The translations under genes and the position numbers were made by a program. A stretch of DNA of 64,000 nt from the human T2T-CHM13v2.0 reference genome, Homo sapiens: NCBI RefSeq assembly GCF_009914755.1, contig NC_060926.1, one strand, 5' to 3'. Under the pieces are notes generated by a model that saw nothing but the letters and a program-made list of their open reading frames with translations, was not told the origin of the DNA and searched no databases. Shown here piece by piece: positions 56,631-64,000 of this stretch. Within the stretch, counting starts at the first letter, position 1; every line of letters starts with the position of its first letter.

Positions 56631-56852
56631 ACCCTAGCACAGAGCCCCAGTACCATCCCTGATTTGAACAGTGAGAAGAGGATGGGCCTTCAGCATAATA
56701 GCAACTAGTGGTCTTCTTGTAATGTCTACAGGATAAATGCTTTTGGTAATCTATTACTAGTAAAAGAAAAATCTTTAAAAAATCTATACTGTTGAACTGG
56801 TATACCTCTATTTCTCCTAATAAGCATGAAATAGTCAATTTTCTTTTTCTAC

Positions 56853-57047
56853 AACAGACAAATTTGAAGTCAAACTATATATTGTTCTTGTCTTTAAGAT
56901 AAAAACAGACAAATTTGAAGTCAAACCATATATTGTTCTTGTCTTTAAGACAAAAACAGACAAATTTGAAGTCAAACCATATGTTGTTCTTGTCTTTAAG
57001 ACAAAAACAGACAAATTTGAAGTCACACCATATATTATTCTTGTCTT
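56853..57047. repeat. 51-bp minisatellite, about 3.8 copies
   Basis: ACAGACAAATTTGAAGTC recurs at 56854, 56905, 56956 and 57007. Confidence 0.95.
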
Positions 57048-57739
57048 CAATATTTCTTACATTTCCAGATGATACTTTTGAAGATGAAAATTTATCGTAA
57101 TTTTGGAGTGAGGCCTATAGAGTAATGAAAAAAGAAATATGAATTATCTACTTTAGGCCCTGTCTTTCCCCACCCACTTTGCAAAGCATTCTTCTTTTCT
57201 TCCCTAGAAGTTGCATTATGGAAGACAAAATAGAAAAAGAGGAGAAAAAAGGAAAGCAAAAGGGAAAAAGGCAAAAAACTGATGAATAAAATGAGAAAAT
57301 TAAAAATAAATTTAATACTCAATTAGGATAGGAAAATTTGTCCCCCTTCATGTCTATGCAGAAATAGAAGGAAGAGAAGGAATTCTATCCTTACAGGAGA
57401 ATATAGATGCCATTCTCTTCACTTTGCAGCTGACCAGGACTATCACCCAATGAGGTGAACTATTTCTTACTGCTTCCCCAAGAAAGCTTCCTAGACTATG
57501 ACTACTATTTAAGTCTTGGTATATACATTCTACCTTAAAAAGCAAAGAGAACCAAGATATAGGTTTAGAGTTCTGAGGTTTAGCTCTTCTGGGATTTTAT
57601 GTCGTCTTCGTATTCCTTCATTTTACTAATAAACATCTATTGAGCTATTTGACGACAGCAGGACCTCAAATAAGAATTGCATGGTCTTGCTTGCAAGAAA
57701 TTCACAGGAAATAGGACTGTAAATCAATAAATATAAAAA

Positions 57740-58077
57740 AGTCATGTGTCACTTAATGCAGATACTTTCTAAGAAATGCATTGTTGGGCAATTTCATCAT
57801 TATGTAAATATCACAGAATGTACTCACATACATGTAGATGATATGGTCTACTACACCCCTAGGCTATATGGTATATCTTATGGCTCCTAGGCTACAAACT
57901 TTTATAGCATATTACTGTACTAAATACTCTAGTTGATTGTAACAAAATGGTAAGTATTTGTGTATCTAAACATGTCTAAACAGAAAAGGTGCACTAAAAA
58001 TATATTATTATAGTCTTATATGATCACAGTTATATATGCTGTCTGTCATTGGCTGAATGTTATGGAGCATGTGAGAG
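57740..58077 (+). mobile_element. Tigger3a (MER7A/Golem-type) TcMar DNA transposon fossil
   Basis: 'gtcatgtgtcacttaatg...ctactacacccctaggctatatggtata...ctcctaggctacaaac...atggtaagtatttgtgtatctaaacat'. Confidence 0.85.
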
Positions 58078-59285
58078 TATAATATACATGCTAAAATAAA
58101 ATATAATGTAATACATATTGAAGTATGGGAAGCCACTGGAGGGAGTAACTCATAGTTTAAAGGTGTGAAGACAACTATAATAAAAAAGAGGCTTTTTTGT
58201 TCTATGTCTTAAAGAATGAAAGTGCTCTAAGTACTTTCATTCTTTAAAGTACTTCAAGAATGAAGTAGGAGTGGGAGTGGGTAGGAAAGAGATAGAAGCT
58301 GGTGAGTTTAATACCCCACCCTACCACAGCGTGATAAATCTCAAAACTTGTGTGTAAGGAATTACCTTAATGAAGAGAAGTTTCATCAAATAAATTAACA
58401 AAGGCAAGGTTAATTTGTGCTATTAAGAGTTCTTCTAAGCAGCCTATTGTTCATGTCCTAATCATATAAAGAGATAAGTTAGTAATAGTGAAAAATCAAT
58501 CAGAAGGAAAGCAAAGTACATCTGGGAGAATGTTATGTTCCATTCTGTTAGTCCCTTGGCTAGACCACAAAAGAAATGACAGTAGCTTCATCATAGTAGA
58601 TTTTCTCCTTTATTTGTACTCACTTAGGCAAGTGCATGGTTAAGTATTTATAAATTTAATTGTGGAGACCGCTTGTTTGTGGTTTGTAAGGAGCAAATCC
58701 ATTGGAGATGGGGATTGTGACACCTGATACCCCTTTTATGCTCATGAAAATGAATCCTGAAAAGCTGCTTTATCTCAACAATGCTCTGCTAGCCTAGCAT
58801 GGACCGTTTGAAAATCTAGTTGACATCACTGATCTCCTTAATAAATGTATGGTTGTTGTACATGACTTCTTTTAGAGCCAAAGGAAGATGACCGTACACT
58901 GAATGCATTAATCCATTTAATGCAATATCTCTTTAAGGTTGTTTATTGGTCTGATTTATGGAGTTAGATTTTGAAGACAATGTATGGCTATATCTTAAAT
59001 ATCTCCCCTCATTATTTTGAAAGGCACAAAATTATTTTTATCATTATTTGCCTTCACATTACCTTTTTATTTACTTCTTTTTGACACAGAACTATTGTAC
59101 AAGTTTAGTATAAGTTAATGGCAAAATGATTTATTAAAAAATTCCCTGTAATCCCAGAAGTATCTAAAAATATACACAATATTTTATACATACACAGGAC
59201 AGATGAAACTCTACATACTCTTTTGTTATTTGCTGACATTGTTTAATAAATATTTTTTCATATATATAAAAATATAAATCTAAAA

Positions 59286-59435
59286 TAGCGGTTCCTTACA
59301 TTTCAGAGGGTCATGAACCATTTCAGAAATTAATATATGTCCAGGCATAGAAAATTCTGCATATAATTTCAGGGGGCTTGTGGATCCTTTCTAAAGCCTA
59401 AAGGATTTCATGGATTTCAGAATATGAATTTCTAA
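59286..59435. mobile_element. hAT-Charlie-type fossil (MER103-like)
   Basis: 'ttctgcatataatttcagggggcttgtggatcc' resembles MER103. Diverged. Confidence 0.4.
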
Positions 59436-59959
59436 CTCGGTGAATTATTTTTAGTTTATTTGTGTTTATTTTCTGTGGTTTCTGAGTCCCATAACCTCTA
59501 TCTCTGGGTAGTTTCCAACTCATGGCCTCTTCTGAAAGGGTAAGATTAGGTAAGCATGTTTAATGCTGTCTTCTCTTTTCCAACTAATTGAATTTCCATG
59601 GACACATGGCACAAGGGAGTAGACTGAGTGGCTGGTCAGGAACCTATTTGGTTTTTTTCCTCAGGGAAATTTGAACTCAGAAATGGAGATTCTAAATGAA
59701 GAAAGGCATGAGCCCTCTTATTGAAAGTGCCATCAGAATAATACATAGAATAAATAAAGGTAAATCTACAACTAAATACCTAGAAGTGGAAATATAAATA
59801 AAAAGGATAAAAAGAAAGTATTAAATCTACCCCCCAAAACATGTTACCCACAGGAGAATAATACGAAGTATATGGAGAGACATTTTAGTAGCAGCAGTAA
59901 ATGCCTAAAGGAATAGCCTTACACTGCAAGATTAGGATTTTATTCTAGCCAAACTACAG

Positions 59960-61265
59960 ACATCAGATTAGTACTATTGCAGGGTTTCTCATTCAAAAGC
60001 CAGCTTACCACATGTTACACTACAGTTGTCACCCACCAGTCAACACATTCTGTCAGAGCACTGAGATAGAATTGACTTTATAAGGCCAGATACTTGAGGA
60101 GAACCTTCTACATAAAAGGCCAAAGGAGGCAAATATATCAAAGAAAAAGAAAAGAAAAAATAGTGGTAAGCTAGAAACAGAAGAAATCACTTAAAAAATT
60201 TTAATAATATGATCACAGATAAAGAATTCCCTGGATTCCTAAATAAGAACAGGGTGCTACACAAGGAACATTACCATAGCAAGTGAACACTCTTAAATAT
60301 TAAAAATTATAACAGAAGAAATAAATGTAATAGAGGCCTTAGAAAATAAAATTGATAAAATCCCCCAGCAAATAGAATGAACAAAAAGAAAATACAAGAA
60401 ATGAGATAAAATAATTAAATCAACTCAGAAATTTTAACATAGAAATAAAAAGAATGGAAGGACATGAGATTAGAGATTTAGAGGGTAGACAAGAAAAAAT
60501 TTGTCCTGTAATTATTAGGACATTATAAAGTTATAATTATTAGGACAGTATAATTAGTAAGTACAAATAAAAGCCCAGAAAAGGACCTGGTCATATGCAG
60601 AGAGTTGATAAAGGAAAAAGGTAATTCTAGGAATGAGTAGGGGAAAGTTTAAACTCTTCAATAAATATTTCCGTGATAATTTATTAGGCATAGAGAAAAA
60701 ACATATTTCTATCTCAAGTCACACATAGAAATACATTTCATGTGGTTTAAAAATGTAACTATAAAGAAGCAAAACTTTAATATCATATGATATTTCCTAT
60801 CATATGATAGGAAAAAATATACAACTTTGGATTACGAATTCTTTTCTCAAACAAAACCAACTAAAAAGTACATTTTATATAGGAAAACATTGAGAGGTTG
60901 GATTATAAGAAAATTAAAACTTTTATTTAAAAAAATACCCTAAGTAAAGTCTAAAGACAAAAGAGAGGGAAGATAATTAATACAAATGTCTTTGTCAAAA
61001 GATAGTACTCAGAATTTGTGTTCTACAAACAACAGGAAGATAATAAGTAGAACTAAGAACAAATAATATATAGAGGCAAACAGAACAGAGGAAACCTAAA
61101 CGTAATAACCATTTAAGAAGTTGCTCAAATGTAGTAAAAATCAGAGTCCTGCAACTTCAAAGAACAGTTAAATACTATTTTACACTAAGCAAACTGGAAA
61201 AATTATAAAATTCTGAGAATATTAAGTGTTGGTAAGGATGTGGTTAAATGTTGACATCTGTTACT
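59960..61265 (+). mobile_element. Ancient L1M fragments (ORF1-like region joined to ORF2 3' region)
   Basis: A-rich L1 sense-strand motifs ('ggattataagaaaattaaaactttt', 'aagtgttggtaaggatgtgg'). Diverged. Confidence 0.5.
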
Positions 61266-62218
61266 GTGTGTAAATATAGACTAACATTTTTCTGTATTTG
61301 CCTGTTTTTAAAACATAATTCATAATTAAAATTTTTAAATTATATTTTTTCTCTATGTCTGGAGACAAGTTAAATATTGTAGGAACTATCTTTCTTTATA
61401 ATGTTGTAAATAACTCTCTTTGAAGGCATTTTTCATTATTTAGAGCTAGGTTATTATTTTTATTATGAGCAGCTTTGTAATTTTTTCTTTTTAACATTTT
61501 GTTTTGATATTTTTCCCCTAGAAAATCATGCCTTCCATTGATATTTTAGTATATTTTAGACTAGAGTTGACATCATAAATTCTAATAATTTAAAGAATCT
61601 TGTATCTGGGGTTACATTTCCTTCCTCACTCTTATTACAGACTCAGGCTTTTTCTCTTCACTTATCATTAGCTTTGTTAGAAGTTTATTTGTTGGCCTTT
61701 AGAAAAAAGCATTCTCTTTACTGTAAATTAATCCTATTCATTTATTTTTATTTAAATGGTCTTTACAGCTTGCTGAACAATACTTCTCAAATGATGTTGG
61801 TTTTAATAGAACTGTTGAGCTTCACCCACATATAGGAGTTATGGCTATTTTTTTTTTTTTTTTACCACTACCCTATTCTAGTTCAAGGATTCTACTTCCT
61901 GTTAGAGTGTCTCAAGTCTCAAAAAGTATGTGAGGTTCCCATGAAGGGCAGTTCTAATGCAACTCATTTACTCTCAGGTCATGGATGACTATCAGCTCTG
62001 CTGGAAGACTCATGAGAGGTAGGTATGTAGGAAGCTGTGTATGGGTGACCCTCTCAAAAACAATGAAGACTGCTCACTGGCTATTCAGTCAAAAGCAACC
62101 TCCACTTAAAGGAATGCAGTGGCATACTGGTCTTGACACTAGATCGAAGACGCTCCCTGGCTGGTGACAGTCTCCACCAGGATACTTGGCTGTCTCTACA
62201 CAATGATTCCATTTATAT

Positions 62219-63079
62219 TTTCTTTCTTTCTTTTTTTTATTATACTTTAAGTTCTAGGGTATATGTGCACAACATGCAGGTTTGTTACATATGTATACAT
62301 GTGCCATGTTGGTGTGCTGCACCCATTAACTCGTCATTTACATTAGGTATATCTCCTAATGATATCCCTCCCCCCTCCCCCCACCCCCCACCCCACAACA
62401 GGCCCCGGTGTGTGATGTTCCCCTTCCTGTGTCCAGCTGTTCTTATTGTTCAATTCCCACCTATGAGTGATAACATGTGGTGTTAGGTTTTTTGTCCTTG
62501 CGATAGTTTGCTGAGAATGATGGTTTCCAGCTTCATCCATGTCCCTACAAAGGACATGAACTCATCATTTTTTATGGCTGCATAGTATTCCATGGTGTAG
62601 ATGTGCCACATTTTCTTAATCCAGTCTATCATTGATGGACATTTGGCTTGGTTCCAAGTCTTTGCTACTGTGAATAGTGCCGCAATAAACATACGTGTGC
62701 ATGTGTCTTTATAGCAGCATGATTTATAATCCTTTGGGTATATACGCTGTAATGGGATGGCTGGGTCAAATGGTATTTCTAGTTCTAGATCCTCAAGGAA
62801 TTGCCACACTGATTTCCACAATGGTTGAACTAGTTTCCAGTCCCACCAACAGTGTAAAAGTGTTCCTATTTCTCCACATCCTCTCCAGAACCTGTTGTTT
62901 CCTGACTTTTTAATGATTGCCATTCAAACTGATGTGAGATGGTATCTCATTGTGGTTTTGATTTGCATTTCTCTGATGGCCAGTGATAATGAGCATTTTT
63001 TCATGTATCTTTTGGCTGCATAAATGTCTTCTTTTAAGAAGTGTCAGTTCACATACTTCGCCCACTTTTTGATGGGGTT
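62219..63079 (-). mobile_element. L1PA4-type 3' end (non-inverted part of a 5'-inverted L1)
   Basis: Poly(T), 'ttatactttaagttctaggg', ORF2 C-terminus at 62483-62923. Confidence 0.95.

Positions 63080-64000
<921 letters not shown>

Noticed and set aside
56853-57047. CRISPR-like array (regular repeats with a palindrome)
   Set aside because: The units are contiguous tandem copies with no unique spacers, there are no cas genes, and the DNA is primate.

Overview
AT-rich, repeat-dense primate (human-like) non-coding DNA with no intact protein-coding gene, RNA gene or CRISPR array. It contains six Alus, several L1s of different ages, and MaLR/ERVL LTRs: a complete LTR-internal-LTR THE1 and solo MLT2A, THE1D/MSTA and MLT1 LTRs. 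The L1s include a full-length but inactivated L1PA3-type element at 25908-32071 (-) carrying a 3' transduction, and two 5'-inverted L1s. DNA-transposon fossils (MER58A, MER5A, Tigger3a), L2 and MIR remnants, a 1.7-kb AT-rich tract, a 51-bp minisatellite and a processed SUCLA2 pseudogene (about 40895-42663, -) are also present. Nearly all long ORFs in the track are repeat-derived. I found no new multi-gene system. The most interesting signals are footprints of retrotransposition and repair: L1 3' transductions, twin-priming inversions, a 30-bp copy of sequence from 3 kb away inside an Alu tail, snap-back palindromic insertions, and repeats born inside an L1 and inside the pseudogene. Repeat subfamily names come from recalled consensus sequences and should be confirmed with RepeatMasker/Dfam.
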